Of a DNA stretch of 64,000 bases, positions 37,023-48,167 are shown one piece after another. Within the stretch, counting starts at the first letter, position 1. Each line of letters opens with the position of its first letter. The position numbers were made by a program, and so were the translations under genes. Source of the stretch: an uncultured Acholeplasmatales bacterium (GTDB lineage: Bacteria; Bacillota_I; Bacilli_A; Acholeplasmatales; Anaeroplasmataceae); NCBI GenBank assembly GCA_944324805.1, contig CALUXS010000005.1, forward strand, positions 25,157 through 89,156. Reading direction: 5' to 3'. Below the pieces are notes generated by a model. The model was not told where the DNA came from. It searched no databases and saw only the letters and a program-made list of their open reading frames with translations.

Positions 37023-37691
37023 TCAGTCCTTTATTTTGTTATGAATTAAATCCATAAAATTATTTTTATCTTCTTCTGAAAGACGTTCTAAAAAAGGGTT
37101 AATTAAACCACCAACTATTAGCTTTAAAGCTTCATCCTTAGATAAACCTCTACTCATTAAATAGAATAATTCATCATCTGACATTTTACCAATTGATGCA
37201 CCATGTGAAGCAAAAACATCATATTCATCGATTAATAAAATTGGTTCACTTGTTATCGAAGATTCATCAGAAATAATGATTCCTTTACTTAATTGTCTAC
37301 AATTACTATTTGACATCTTGTTTTTAATATTTCCGATAGTCTTAAATGTAATATTACTTTTACCTAAACTAATTGCAAAGTTTGTAATATTAGAGGTTGT
37401 ATTTTTAGCATTATGGTATACTGCTTGATAATAATTGAATATTCCTTCATCACCAACTGTTAGAGTAGAGGCATTAAAAGTAGCTCCCTCTTCATCTAAA
37501 TACACTTCTAACTTTCTATCATTAGCCTTTGTATTTAATTCTAATAATTCTAAACTTGCATTAGCAGCAATATGAAAAACACGCTTTTTTCCAGGTAAAT
37601 CTAGTGCCTGATATACTACATTCTTATCTTTAGGAATATAAATATCAGAAACTTCATCATCAAGGCTTTCTTTTATAATTTCTTTATTCAT
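37023..37691 (-). CDS. sufD: SufD, unusually short (~222 aa)
   Basis: C-terminal SufBD core with FYLMSRGL. Start set at the ATG overlapping the sufC end, behind AGGTGG. About half the length of Bacillus-type SufD. Confidence 0.75.
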   Translation of the reverse strand: MNKEIIKESLDDEVSDIYIPKDKNVVYQALDLPGKKRVFHIAANASLELLELNTKANDRKLEVYLDEEGATFNASTLTVGDEGIFNYYQAVYHNAKNTTSNITNFAISLGKSNITFKTIGNIKNKMSNSNCRQLSKGIIISDESSITSEPILLIDEYDVFASHGASIGKMSDDELFYLMSRGLSKDEALKLIVGGLINPFLERLSEEDKNNFMDLIHNKIKD

Positions 37692-38508
37692 TTTTGCCAC
37701 CTGCATGTGCACAAGAGCCTAGTAATACATGATTTACCTTTGTTTCTTCTTCAATATCAGAGATTCCTAATTCTTCTTTAACCCAATCATAGCCTTGTTG
37801 GTCAATTTTTTCTATTAATTCATGACCACCTGTCATTACAATCTTACCACCAATCATAATATGAACAAAATCAGGCTTTACGTAATCAAGTAATCTTTCG
37901 TAATGCGTAATTAAAATACATCCAAAATTTTCGCTTACCATGTTTTGAACATTTTCACCAACTATTCTTAATGCATCAACATCTAATCCTGAGTCAATTT
38001 CATCTAAAATAGCAAATTTTGGTTTCAACATTTTCATTTGAAGAATTTCATTACGTTTCTTCTCGCCACCACTAAAACCTTCGTTTAAATAACGATGTGG
38101 CAAATCTTCTGGCATCTTTAAATCTGCACAGGCTTTATCATATTGTCTAATAAATTGAAATAATGATACATCTTTTCCTGTAGTTGCCTTCATAGCACTT
38201 CTAACAAAATCACTATTTGTTACACCGCTTACCTCAGCAGGATATTGATAAGCCAAAAATATTCCTTTTCTAGCTCTTTCATCTACAGCTAAAGGTAAAA
38301 TAGATTCACCATCTAGTAAAATATCACCACTTGTAACCTTATAATTATTTTTCCCCATAATTATAGAGGCTAATGTTGATTTTCCTGTTCCATTAGGTCC
38401 CATAATAGCATGAACCTCACCTGTTTTTACTGTTAAGTTCAAGCCTTTTAGGATGTCCTTTTCTGGTACACTTGCATACAACTCTTTTATTTCTAAAATA
38501 TTACTCAT
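37684..38508 (-). CDS. sufC: Fe-S assembly ATPase SufC
   Basis: GPNGTGKST, FSGGEKKRNEILQ and ILDEIDSGLD motifs. The track ORF starts at TTG 38532; ATG 38506-38508 (MSNILEIK) is preferred. Confidence 0.93.
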   Translation of the reverse strand: MSNILEIKELYASVPEKDILKGLNLTVKTGEVHAIMGPNGTGKSTLASIIMGKNNYKVTSGDILLDGESILPLAVDERARKGIFLAYQYPAEVSGVTNSDFVRSAMKATTGKDVSLFQFIRQYDKACADLKMPEDLPHRYLNEGFSGGEKKRNEILQMKMLKPKFAILDEIDSGLDVDALRIVGENVQNMVSENFGCILITHYERLLDYVKPDFVHIMIGGKIVMTGGHELIEKIDQQGYDWVKEELGISDIEEETKVNHVLLGSCAHAGGKNE

Positions 38509-38559
38509 ATTTTCACACTTCTTTCCGGACAAAATTATACAATAAACAAAATAAAAAAT

Positions 38560-39951
38560 CTAGTAAGATGACTTGTGATAATAAAGTCGCTTCAAAATTC
38601 TAATTAATGCATGACTTCTTTTGCTCTTTATAACAATATTTGCTTTATTTCTAACATCTATATCAGCCTTCATAGAAGTAACTATCAAATCAGAATTATC
38701 ATACAATATTTTATCGTTTTTAGTTGTAGAAATGGCAACCTTTTTCTTTTTAGAATCTAGTTCATCTAAAACACTTAACTTAACAATATCTTTACTAAAT
38801 ATTTTTAAATAGCTATAACCTTCAACTTCTCCCATTTTTTCGTAATAACTATATTCTTGACACAATAATTGAGAATAAAATGGTGTTTTTTGAAGTAAAT
38901 AGATAATATCTCTCACCTTGTTTTTAGGAGCAACAACCATAAAATATAAAACATCACGACTAGGTGCCTTAGCAACTAAAAAGTTTGAATATGCTGAATT
39001 TCTTCTAGTATCTGCATAAATAAGTTCACCTATATTTGAAACAGATTCTGTATAGATATGCTGTAAATTATCTTCAATTATATTTATAAATGGAACTATT
39101 CCGTTTTCTGCTAAAAATATTCTTACCTCATTTGCCACTTTTTCCTTTATCGGATAAGTTTTCAAATAATGTTTAGTAGAAGTATCATACAAGGCGGCAC
39201 CATTCATACATATAATCGGTAATTTAAGCTTCATATTATCTATAAGAGGTAAAAATGTTGCAGGTGTTCTTGTAGTAAAGAACGTAATACTAGCATCATT
39301 TTCAATTAACTCACTTAATTCATACTTTACATAATCATCAAAAACGTCATTATCATTTGCATATATACCATCTGGTCCATAAATAAACAAATATTCTTTT
39401 TGTTTTTTTCTTGGCAAATGAAAACTATTGACAAAATAAGCTAAAAAAACACCAGATACAATTGAAATAAAACTTGCAATGAACGCTTGACGAAAATCCA
39501 TATCAAAAAATCTTATTGATATCAAAATTAAATAAATTGTTATTCCTTGAATTATTTCACTTTTCTTTTTCAAAAGTACAAAAAAATAAACGATCAATAT
39601 TACACCTATACATGTAAATACTGAAGGAACTATTAAAATAACTGGATCTAAAATAGAAAGTTCTGGCCAACTTTTTTTGGTAATAAGCATATAAAGTAGC
39701 ATTAACAAAAAAGAAAAAATTAGAATAGCCGTATAAATATATAATTTTTCAAACGTCTCTTTTTTTTGCTTCGATTTAGAATTTGCTATCGAAATAAAGG
39801 CAATCAAACCTGCTAAAAAAGGGATATACCAATCAGAAATAATTCGGTCCTTGAAAGCAAATTTATCAATCGTTATAAGCAAAATATAAATTAGATAAGC
39901 TAAAATTATTACAATTGCAGACTTTATTGCTCGCATACCAATTCTATTCAT
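38560..39951 (-). CDS. Membrane protein (~5-6 TM) fused to a Cof/HAD-like domain lacking the nucleophile Asp
   Basis: The N-terminal 180 aa are hydrophobic. The following domain aligns to the Cof-type HAD fold (TTRTP, ICMNGAALYD). Motif I reads FIYGPDGIY (G192 at 39376-39378) instead of DxDGT. Confidence 0.6.
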   Translation of the reverse strand: MNRIGMRAIKSAIVIILAYLIYILLITIDKFAFKDRIISDWYIPFLAGLIAFISIANSKSKQKKETFEKLYIYTAILIFSFLLMLLYMLITKKSWPELSILDPVILIVPSVFTCIGVILIVYFFVLLKKKSEIIQGITIYLILISIRFFDMDFRQAFIASFISIVSGVFLAYFVNSFHLPRKKQKEYLFIYGPDGIYANDNDVFDDYVKYELSELIENDASITFFTTRTPATFLPLIDNMKLKLPIICMNGAALYDTSTKHYLKTYPIKEKVANEVRIFLAENGIVPFINIIEDNLQHIYTESVSNIGELIYADTRRNSAYSNFLVAKAPSRDVLYFMVVAPKNKVRDIIYLLQKTPFYSQLLCQEYSYYEKMGEVEGYSYLKIFSKDIVKLSVLDELDSKKKKVAISTTKNDKILYDNSDLIVTSMKADIDVRNKANIVIKSKRSHALIRILKRLYYHKSSY

Positions 39952-39952
39952 A

Positions 39953-40771
39953 TCATTTTCCTCCTAGTTCAGGTAAAAAGGTTTCAAACAAAACACCAAA
40001 CTTTGAATCAGATTTTTCATTATATGTTTTCAAAATAGATTTATAACAAAAACTACTTGCAGCTACTAAAGCACCATAAATATCATAATTAGTTTCTAGT
40101 TTTCCAATAATAACACTAGCAAAAATGTCACCAGTACCATAATAATTACCATCTACCCTTAAGTTGTTAACGCAATAAAAATCTTCATTTTCTGCATTAT
40201 AAGCATAAGAATACATATAATTTTCATCTTTGACTCCTGTAAGAAAAATTAACTTTGGGCCAAAACTAGAAAGCTTTTTAACAATTGAGTGAATATCATC
40301 CTTAGAAAAATACTCTTTATATTCTAAACCTAATAATAAGCATGCTTCTGTTAGATTAGGAAAAATTACATCTGCCTTTTCAATAACTTTTCTCATGCCA
40401 CTTATATATTCAATAGAAAAATTCTTGTATAACTTACCATTATCTCCCATAACAGGATCTATATAAACCTTAGACTTTGGAAAATTAGAGATTAAATCAC
40501 AAATTTTTTCTACTAAAAAAATGGTTCCTAAATATCCTACATATATAGCATCAAATTTAAAATTTTGATGTCTAAACTTTTCTAAAATCAAATCTAGACT
40601 ACTACTTAAATCTGTAAAACTATACTCATTAAACGCTGTATGATTAGATAATAAGGCAGTAGGAAGAGGACATACCTCTACTCCACAAGAACTTATTACA
40701 GGCATAATAACTGATAAAGAGCATTTCCCAACTACTGAAATATCATGGATAGCTAATACTTTTTTTGTCAT
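39953..40771 (-). CDS. pdxK: Pyridoxal/pyridoxamine kinase
   Basis: Ribokinase-like PdxK pattern (VLAIHD.SVVGKCSL....P......G.EVCPLPTALLSNHT, C-terminal GTGD). Confidence 0.8.
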   Translation of the reverse strand: MTKKVLAIHDISVVGKCSLSVIMPVISSCGVEVCPLPTALLSNHTAFNEYSFTDLSSSLDLILEKFRHQNFKFDAIYVGYLGTIFLVEKICDLISNFPKSKVYIDPVMGDNGKLYKNFSIEYISGMRKVIEKADVIFPNLTEACLLLGLEYKEYFSKDDIHSIVKKLSSFGPKLIFLTGVKDENYMYSYAYNAENEDFYCVNNLRVDGNYYGTGDIFASVIIGKLETNYDIYGALVAASSFCYKSILKTYNEKSDSKFGVLFETFLPELGGK

Positions 40772-40801
40772 TTAATACCTCAAAAAGTAGTCTCAGAGAG
40801 A

Positions 40802-43207
40802 CTACTTTACTACAATGTTTACAATCTTCTTTGGAACAACAATAATTTTTACAATCGTTAATCCAGATGTAAATTTCTTAACTTTTTCACTTTCTAAAGC
40901 TAATTTTTCAATATTTTCTTTAGTTTGATCTACGCTAACAACAATTTGATCTCTAAGCTTGCCATTTACTTGAACCATCATTGTAAATGTATCACTTTGA
41001 AGTTTACTTTCATCACATTCAGGCCACTTTTCATAAGTAATTGTATTATCATGACCTAAAATTGACCATAATTCTTCACCAATATGAGGAGCAATACAAG
41101 ATAGCATTTTTATCAATCCCTCTAAATATGGCTTATAAACTTCATCTACTTTATAGCATTCATTAATAAACACCATCATTTGAGCAATAGCTGTGTTAAA
41201 ACGTAAATTTTCGAAATCCTCAGTTACCTTTTTTACTGTTTGATTATATATTTTATCTAATGAACCATTATTGTTATCTTTTAATTTAATATTAAATGTT
41301 TCATCATTTACTAATCTCCATACACGGTCTAGGAATTTCTTTGCACCATCAACATTTTTACTAACCCATGGCAATGAAGCTTCAAGTGGTCCCATAAACA
41401 TTTCATATAGACGTAATGAATCTGCACCATAATCTCTAACTATGTCATCAGGATTTACTACATTTCCACGTGATTTAGACATTTTTTCATTATTTTCACC
41501 CAAAATTAATCCTTGGTGGAATAATTTTTTAAATGGTTCATCTACTGGACATAATCCCTCATCATGTAAAAATTTTGTAAAGAAACGAGAATACAATAAA
41601 TGTCCAACAGCATGTTCTGAACCACCAATATATAAATCAACAGGTAACCAGTGCTTTAGCAATTCATAATTTGCAAACTCATTATCATTATTAGGATCAA
41701 TATAACGCATAAAATACCATGATGAAGCTGCTGAACCAGGCATAGTATTTGTTTCTCTTTTACCTTTTTCACCATTATTTATAACATTTACCCAATCTAC
41801 TGCATTAGCTAAAGGACTTTGACCAGCAAATTTTGGCTTATAGTCATCAACATTTGGTAAAATTAAAGGCAATTCATCATCTGAAAGCGCAGCATCATGA
41901 TCTTCATAGTGAATAATAGGAATAGGTTCTCCCCAATATCTTTGACGAGCAAATATCCATTCTCTAAGACGATATTGAATTCTTTTTTCTCCAATTCCTT
42001 TTTCTTCTAAGAATTCAATCATCTTATTAATAGCATCTTCTTTATTTAAACCATCTAAGAAACCAGAATTAATATGAATTCCGTCTTCTGTGTATGCTTC
42101 TTTTGAAATATCTCCACCTGCTAAAACTTGAATTATAGGTAAGTTAAATTTTTTAGCAAAATCATAGTCCCTAGTATCATGAGCAGGAACTGCCATAATT
42201 GCTCCTGTCCCATAGCTCATAAGAACATAATCAGAAATATAAATTGGTAATAAAGAGTCATTTGCAGGATTAATAGCATAGGCACCAACAAATACTCCTG
42301 TTTTATCTTTATTAAGATCAGTACGCTCTAAATCAGATTTTTTGGCACATTCATTTATATAATTAAGTACATCCTTTTCATTTTCTTTAGACATAATTTC
42401 TTTAATCAAAGGATGTTCAGGGCTTAAAACACAGTAAGTAGCACCGAATAATGTATCAGCTCTAGTTGTAAATACATCAAATGTTTTTTCAGAATCTTTA
42501 ACCTTAAATGTTATTCTAGCCCCAGTAGATTTTCCAATCCAATTGCGTTGCATATCTTTTGTAGACTCAGGCCAATCTATCTTGTCTAGACCATCTAAAA
42601 GTTTTTCAGCATATGCAGGAATATCCATTACCCATTGCTTCATATTTTTACGAGTTACAGGATATCCTCCACGTTCACTTTTTCCATCAACAATTTCATC
42701 ATTAGCCAAAACTGTTCCAAGTTCCTCGCACCAATTTACTGGCATATCTACTTGTCTAGCTAAGCCTTTTTTATAGAATTGTTTAAAAATCCATTGTGTC
42801 CACTTATAATATTTAGGATCACATGTAGCAATTTCTTTAGACCAATCAAAAGAAAAGCCTAACATTTTAAGTTGACGTTTGAATGTTTCTATATTTTTAT
42901 ATGTAAAAGTACTTGGATGGTTACCAGTCTTTATTGCAAATTGTTCTGCTGGTAAACCAAATGCATCCCATCCCATTGGATGTAAAACATTATATCCTTG
43001 CATTCTCTTCATTCTTGATATTATATCAGTTGCAGTATATCCTTCAGGATGTCCAACATGAAGTCCTTGACCAGATGGATATGGAAACATATCTAGTGCA
43101 TAGTATTTTGGTTTTGAAAAATCCCAAACATCAGTTTTAAATGTTTCATTTTTATCCCAATATTCTTGCCACTTTTTTTCTATTTCCGCGTAGTTATATT
43201 CTTTCAT
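40802..43207 (-). CDS. leuS: Leucine--tRNA ligase
   Basis: [12 protein letters not shown] (HIGH) and KMSKSRGN. 801 aa with a CP1 editing domain. Confidence 0.97.
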   Translation of the reverse strand: MKEYNYAEIEKKWQEYWDKNETFKTDVWDFSKPKYYALDMFPYPSGQGLHVGHPEGYTATDIISRMKRMQGYNVLHPMGWDAFGLPAEQFAIKTGNHPSTFTYKNIETFKRQLKMLGFSFDWSKEIATCDPKYYKWTQWIFKQFYKKGLARQVDMPVNWCEELGTVLANDEIVDGKSERGGYPVTRKNMKQWVMDIPAYAEKLLDGLDKIDWPESTKDMQRNWIGKSTGARITFKVKDSEKTFDVFTTRADTLFGATYCVLSPEHPLIKEIMSKENEKDVLNYINECAKKSDLERTDLNKDKTGVFVGAYAINPANDSLLPIYISDYVLMSYGTGAIMAVPAHDTRDYDFAKKFNLPIIQVLAGGDISKEAYTEDGIHINSGFLDGLNKEDAINKMIEFLEEKGIGEKRIQYRLREWIFARQRYWGEPIPIIHYEDHDAALSDDELPLILPNVDDYKPKFAGQSPLANAVDWVNVINNGEKGKRETNTMPGSAASSWYFMRYIDPNNDNEFANYELLKHWLPVDLYIGGSEHAVGHLLYSRFFTKFLHDEGLCPVDEPFKKLFHQGLILGENNEKMSKSRGNVVNPDDIVRDYGADSLRLYEMFMGPLEASLPWVSKNVDGAKKFLDRVWRLVNDETFNIKLKDNNNGSLDKIYNQTVKKVTEDFENLRFNTAIAQMMVFINECYKVDEVYKPYLEGLIKMLSCIAPHIGEELWSILGHDNTITYEKWPECDESKLQSDTFTMMVQVNGKLRDQIVVSVDQTKENIEKLALESEKVKKFTSGLTIVKIIVVPKKIVNIVVK

Positions 43208-43243
43208 AAAATCAACTCCTATTTTTTAATTATAACATATTTT

Positions 43244-43651
43244 TTATTTATTAGCGATAAATTTTGGACCATTTACATCTTTATTTTTAATAAACTTAGA
43301 AAAGAAATAGTAAACTATCATAGAAATTATATATACAACAGTTGAAATTAGAAGCCAAATAATTATATTAATGTCTAAGTCAATTTTTGAAAATAAATAC
43401 ATTTGTAAAGTTCCTGCAATAATTAAAATAGCTAAATAGACTTCTAAAAAAGCATTCCTCTTCCATTCTATCTTCTTCACTTCACAAACTAAAATTGTTA
43501 TTAAAATCAAAAATGGAAATATTATATACAAAGATGAGGTATATAAATAATAAAAACCATTCCCAATCCCTTTCATAAATCCAAAAACAACATTTAATAA
43601 GATCAAATCTATTATATAACTTATAATTATCAATTTAACTTCTTTCTTCAC
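43244..43651 (-). CDS. Small multi-TM membrane protein
   Basis: Four hydrophobic segments. Preferred start is GTG 43649-43651 behind AAGGAG (43658-43663). The track's TTG start at 43699 has no RBS. Confidence 0.45.
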   Translation of the reverse strand: MKKEVKLIIISYIIDLILLNVVFGFMKGIGNGFYYLYTSSLYIIFPFLILITILVCEVKKIEWKRNAFLEVYLAILIIAGTLQMYLFSKIDLDINIIIWLLISTVVYIISMIVYYFFSKFIKNKDVNGPKFIANK

Positions 43652-43730
43652 AATATACTCCTTATGTAAGATATCTTTATTATTATATCTTATTTTCAAG
43701 TTAAAAAAAAGTATAAATTACCTCTATAAA

Positions 43731-43772
43731 ATAAAAAAAGATTCCAAGACTACTAAGTAGTCTAAGAATCTT
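43731..43772 (-). terminator. Terminator after uxaC
   Basis: ~15-bp stem aagattccaagactac/gtagtctaagaatctt followed by a T-run on the minus strand. Confidence 0.7.
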
Positions 43773-43782
43773 CTATATTAAT

Positions 43783-45195
43783 TTAGAAACCAAAGAATTC
43801 CTTTGCATTATTGTAGCAGATATCTTCTACAATTTTTCCTAATGTGTCTAATTCATCAGCAGGATATTGACCACTTTCAACTAAATTACCCAACATTTCA
43901 CATAATAAACGTCTGTAATATTCATGACGTGGATATGCTAAGAATGAACGAGAATCAGTAAGCATACCTACAGATTGTGCAACTAAACCAACTTGCATTA
44001 ATGTTTCTAGATTTTGTTTCATACCATCTAATTGATCTAAGAACCACCATGCTGTACCAACTTGAACTCTTCCCTTTACACCTTCTTTTTGGAAGCATCC
44101 AGCTAAAACAGTTAAAGCGTAATTATCACGAGGATTTAAGCAATATAAAATTGTCTTAGGAAGCTCGTCAGTTGCATCTTGTTCTCCAAGCAATTGAGAA
44201 AGTTTTTCCATATATACTTGATCTTCAATTGCATCAAAACCAGTATCAGGACCAATTTCTTTTAACATCTTTTGACTATTATTTCTTAGAGCACCAATAT
44301 GATATTGTTGTACCCAACCATACTTATTGTATACCTTAGCTAGTTGAACAAGAACATATCCTTTATATATATCTTGCTCATGATCTGAAATTTCTTCCTG
44401 ACGCATTGCTTTTACAAATACTTCATTTGCTTCATCATAAGAAGCTTTTACATAGTGAACAACATCTAATGCGTGATCAGATAATTTAGACCCCATTGAA
44501 TCAAAGAACGCAATTCTTTCTTCTAAAGCTTTTAATAAGTCTGCTAAACTATTAATTTCATAACCAACAACACTAGCTAGTTTTAAAACCCAATCCTTAT
44601 ACCAACTTAATTCACAATTAATTGCCTTATCAGGACGGAAAGCAGGACGAACACGTGTTTTCAAACTACTATCAGCATTCATAAGCTTATGCCATTCTAG
44701 ACTATCAATAGGATCATCAGTAGTACAAACAGTTTTTACATTAAATTTATACATCATTTCGCGTGCAGTCAATGTCTCTAACTTCTTGTTAGCTTCATTC
44801 CAAATTTTGTCTGCATTTTTTGGAGTAATAACATCATATATATCAAAATAACGTTGCATCTCTAAGTGAGACCAATGATATAATGGATTACCAACAAAGT
44901 AAGGCATTGATTCAACAAATTGATCAAATTTTTTACGATCATCATCTGGTCCTGAAATAGAATCTTCATTATATCCACGTGCTCTTAATGCTCTCCATTT
45001 ATAATGATCTCCATATCTATCACCAGCGCCTAACCAAACTTCAGTTAAATTACGAAATTTTTTGTTCTCATAAATTTCTTTTGGTTGTAAATGACAATGA
45101 TAATCAATTATAGGCATTTTTTCAGCATGTTCATGAAACAATTTTTTTGCTGTTTCAGTAGACAACAAAAAATCTTTATCCATAAAATTTTTCAT
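43783..45195 (-). CDS. uxaC: Glucuronate (uronate) isomerase
   Basis: N-terminal FLL....A..L......PIIDYHCHL motif, 470 aa. Confidence 0.9.
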   Translation of the reverse strand: MKNFMDKDFLLSTETAKKLFHEHAEKMPIIDYHCHLQPKEIYENKKFRNLTEVWLGAGDRYGDHYKWRALRARGYNEDSISGPDDDRKKFDQFVESMPYFVGNPLYHWSHLEMQRYFDIYDVITPKNADKIWNEANKKLETLTAREMMYKFNVKTVCTTDDPIDSLEWHKLMNADSSLKTRVRPAFRPDKAINCELSWYKDWVLKLASVVGYEINSLADLLKALEERIAFFDSMGSKLSDHALDVVHYVKASYDEANEVFVKAMRQEEISDHEQDIYKGYVLVQLAKVYNKYGWVQQYHIGALRNNSQKMLKEIGPDTGFDAIEDQVYMEKLSQLLGEQDATDELPKTILYCLNPRDNYALTVLAGCFQKEGVKGRVQVGTAWWFLDQLDGMKQNLETLMQVGLVAQSVGMLTDSRSFLAYPRHEYYRRLLCEMLGNLVESGQYPADELDTLGKIVEDICYNNAKEFFGF

Positions 45196-45212
45196 TTTTT
45201 ATCTCCTTATGT

Positions 45213-46691
45213 TTATAGCATTACGCCATCTTTAAATATTGAAATTTCTCTAAAATTATTTTTTTCATTGCATGTTTCTTTTCTTCCACTTGCAATATCA
45301 CAAATCAAATCTATAAAATCAGATAATAACTCAGTCATAGTTTTTTCACCAACTAATGCGCCTGCATTAAAATCAATCCAATTTGGCTTATAGTTAGCTA
45401 AGTTAGAGTTAGTTGCAACTTTAACTGTAGGTACAAAACCACCAAAAGGTGTTCCTCTACCAGTTGTAAATAGAACCATTTGACATCCAGCTGCACCTAA
45501 AGTAGTTGTAGCTACTAAATCATTACCAGGTGTTGAAAGTAAATTCAATCCATTCTTCTTTATTCTTTCACCCATCTTTAAGACATCGCAAACTTTTGAG
45601 TGACCAGACTTTTGAGTACATCCAAGTGATTTATCTTCTAATGTTGTTATACCACCTTTTTTATTACCTGGTGATGGATTTTCGTAAATTACTTGATCAT
45701 GATTTTTAAAATATTGTTTAAAATCATTTACTAAATGAACTGTTTTTTCAAAGACTTCCTTATTCTCAGCACGTGCCATTAAAATTTGCTCAGCACCAAA
45801 CATTTCAGGTACTTCACCTAGAACAGTAGTTCCACCATTTATGCTTAAGTAATCACTAAATTCACCAAGCAAAGGATTAGCTGTGATACCAGACATACCA
45901 TCACTACCACCGCACTTTAAACCAATTCTTAGAACAGATAATGGCTTAGTTACCCTCTTATCCTCACGCATCTTGTCATAAAGTTCTTTCAGTAACTTTA
46001 CGCCTTCTTCAATTTCATCAGAAACTTCTTGAATAATTAAGAACTTAGTTCTTTGTTCATCATAATCTCCTAGAGTTTCTTTGAATGTAGAAACTTGATT
46101 ATTTTCACAGCCTAATCCGAGAACTAAAACACCACCTGCATTAGGATGCTTGACAATATCTTGAAGAATCGTTCTTGTCATTATATGATCATTTCCCATT
46201 TGTGAGCAACCAAAAGGATGATTAAAAGTGAAAACACCATCAATATCTACTGGATTATATCTTCTTTTAAATTCATCAATTATTAAATGTGCTTGACCGC
46301 TAACACAACCAACAGTTTGAACAATCCACAATTCATTTCTAATACCACATTCTCCATTTTTTCTTTCATACACATCAACTGTTGCTTCTTTTTTGATTGT
46401 ATGTATTTCATTAAAATGTGGATTATATTCATAATTGAAAAGATCATTTAGATTAGTTTTTGTATTATGCACATGCACATGTTCACCCTTAAGTATGTCT
46501 TTTGTAGCATGACCAATAGGATAACCATATTTTATAATATTCTCATCTTTTTTTATGTCTTTTAATGCTGCTTTATGAGCTCTAGGTAAATCATCAACTA
46601 ATACTACATTAGCAATTTTTTCACCTTTTTTAAAATCTCTTAGAGCTACAACAACATTATCCTTTTCATTTATGATAATGTAATCGTTCAT
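45213..46691 (-). CDS. uxaA: Altronate dehydratase
   Basis: SAF N-domain (V.V....GE) plus the UxaA/GarD C-domain with GCENN and CGGSD motifs. ATG 46689-46691 is preferred over the TTG at 46703. Confidence 0.88.
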   Translation of the reverse strand: MNDYIIINEKDNVVVALRDFKKGEKIANVVLVDDLPRAHKAALKDIKKDENIIKYGYPIGHATKDILKGEHVHVHNTKTNLNDLFNYEYNPHFNEIHTIKKEATVDVYERKNGECGIRNELWIVQTVGCVSGQAHLIIDEFKRRYNPVDIDGVFTFNHPFGCSQMGNDHIMTRTILQDIVKHPNAGGVLVLGLGCENNQVSTFKETLGDYDEQRTKFLIIQEVSDEIEEGVKLLKELYDKMREDKRVTKPLSVLRIGLKCGGSDGMSGITANPLLGEFSDYLSINGGTTVLGEVPEMFGAEQILMARAENKEVFEKTVHLVNDFKQYFKNHDQVIYENPSPGNKKGGITTLEDKSLGCTQKSGHSKVCDVLKMGERIKKNGLNLLSTPGNDLVATTTLGAAGCQMVLFTTGRGTPFGGFVPTVKVATNSNLANYKPNWIDFNAGALVGEKTMTELLSDFIDLICDIASGRKETCNEKNNFREISIFKDGVML

Positions 46692-46692
46692 A

Positions 46693-48144
46693 CTAGCACC
46701 CAATTTTCTTTAATGCTTCACGCATTGGCTTAGTTTCAATTTCATATAAACATTCAGAAACAAAAGTTGTAACACCTGGTAAAGTATTTAAATCTAAATC
46801 CCAATGTTCCTTTAATCCTAGTACTGTTTTTACTATTTTTTCACAACCAGCATATGTTCCGTCATATTCATTCCATAAATTTTTGAATAATTCAAGGAAT
46901 TCTGGATTATCTTGTAAAGCGATAGTTTCTTCACCACGTTTACCACGATAGAATGCAATTAATGCTGCTAAACTAAATAATGCATGGTTAGGGAAATTAT
47001 GTAAATCATTAATTTGTTGTAAAACAGTTGGTAAAATTCTTGTCTTATATTTAGTTACTGAGTTTAGTGCTATGCTCATTAATTCATGACGTACAAATGG
47101 ATTAGCATAACGTTCTAATACACTATTTGAATATGCAACCATTTGTTCTTTTGGAATATTAATTGTTGGAACTACTTCATTGAAAATAAATTCATGAACA
47201 AAACGATTCAATTGTTCATCTTCAATAGTTTCACGAACTGTATCAATTCCACATAAATAGCTAACTGGTACTAAACATGTATGTGAACCATTAAGAATCT
47301 TAACTTTACGTTCTTTATATGGCTTAATTGAATCAACAAATAATACATTTAGACCAGCCTTTGGAGCAGGAAGCTTATCTTCAAGACCCTTAGGACCGTC
47401 AATTACCCATAAGTGGAATATTTCACCAACTACCATTGAAGTATCTTGATATCCTAATTCTTCCCATAACTTTTTATCTTCTCCACGTGGATATCCAGGA
47501 ACAATTCTATCTACTAAAGTATTATAGTAACGGTTAGAATTTTCAACCCAATCGATAAATTTTGGATCCATATTTAAATGTTTTGCTAATTGAACTAAAA
47601 CACTTTTTAAAGTATCACCATTATAATCAATTAATTCACAAGGAATTATGTCTAAACCCTTATTTTTATCCCCATTAAAAAATTCATAACGTGATTTAAG
47701 TAATGCTAACAATTTACCTGGATAGCTCTTTGGAGTAACTGTTAGATCAGTATCTGTTGGGTCAAAAGCTATACCAGCTTCAGTTGTATTACTTACAATG
47801 AATTCTAAATCCTCACTCTTACCATAATCTAAAAATTTTTGATAATCTGTAAAAGGATTAATAAAATCTTCTAGGCAATCAATTACTTGATGTTGTTTTA
47901 CAACTTTACCATCTTGTAATCCTTGTAAATATAAAGTATACAATCCATCTTGATTTGCCAAATCTGCAACCCTACCAAAAGGCATTGGTTGAACTACACA
48001 AACTCCACCATCAAATACCTTTTTATTGTTCATTTCTTGCAAAATCCAATCGACAAAGGCACGTAAAAAATTGCCTTCACCAAATTGTAAAACTTTTACT
48101 TTACGACTAGGCTTGTCGTAAATTTCTTTGTTTAATGTTTTCAC
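46693..48144 (-). CDS. uxaB: Tagaturonate reductase (altronate oxidoreductase)
   Basis: Mannitol-dehydrogenase-family N-terminus (VLQFGEGNFLRAF) and 483 aa. GTG start behind GGAGGAAAAGG. Confidence 0.85.
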   Translation of the reverse strand: MKTLNKEIYDKPSRKVKVLQFGEGNFLRAFVDWILQEMNNKKVFDGGVCVVQPMPFGRVADLANQDGLYTLYLQGLQDGKVVKQHQVIDCLEDFINPFTDYQKFLDYGKSEDLEFIVSNTTEAGIAFDPTDTDLTVTPKSYPGKLLALLKSRYEFFNGDKNKGLDIIPCELIDYNGDTLKSVLVQLAKHLNMDPKFIDWVENSNRYYNTLVDRIVPGYPRGEDKKLWEELGYQDTSMVVGEIFHLWVIDGPKGLEDKLPAPKAGLNVLFVDSIKPYKERKVKILNGSHTCLVPVSYLCGIDTVRETIEDEQLNRFVHEFIFNEVVPTINIPKEQMVAYSNSVLERYANPFVRHELMSIALNSVTKYKTRILPTVLQQINDLHNFPNHALFSLAALIAFYRGKRGEETIALQDNPEFLELFKNLWNEYDGTYAGCEKIVKTVLGLKEHWDLDLNTLPGVTTFVSECLYEIETKPMREALKKIGC

Positions 48145-48167
48145 TTTTCCTTTTCCTCCAATTCGTT

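Noticed and set aside
38509-38532. N-terminal extensions created by TTG/GTG starts in the ORF track: sufC 38532, membrane protein 43699, MBL hydrolase 49619, uxaA 46703, rsmD 27262, lspA 22157, atpD 61160, atpA 63540 and the SMC-like ATPase 14303.
   Set aside because: In each case an internal ATG (or GTG) sits 5-9 nt downstream of a GGAGG-like RBS. It also matches the conserved N-terminus of the family, so the shorter start was adopted.
43208-43243. Expected a T-box leader upstream of leuS, as found for ileS and hisS.
   Set aside because: Only 36 nt separate leuS from the upstream membrane-protein gene, with no GGUGGNACC motif or terminator. leuS appears to be co-transcribed without a T-box.
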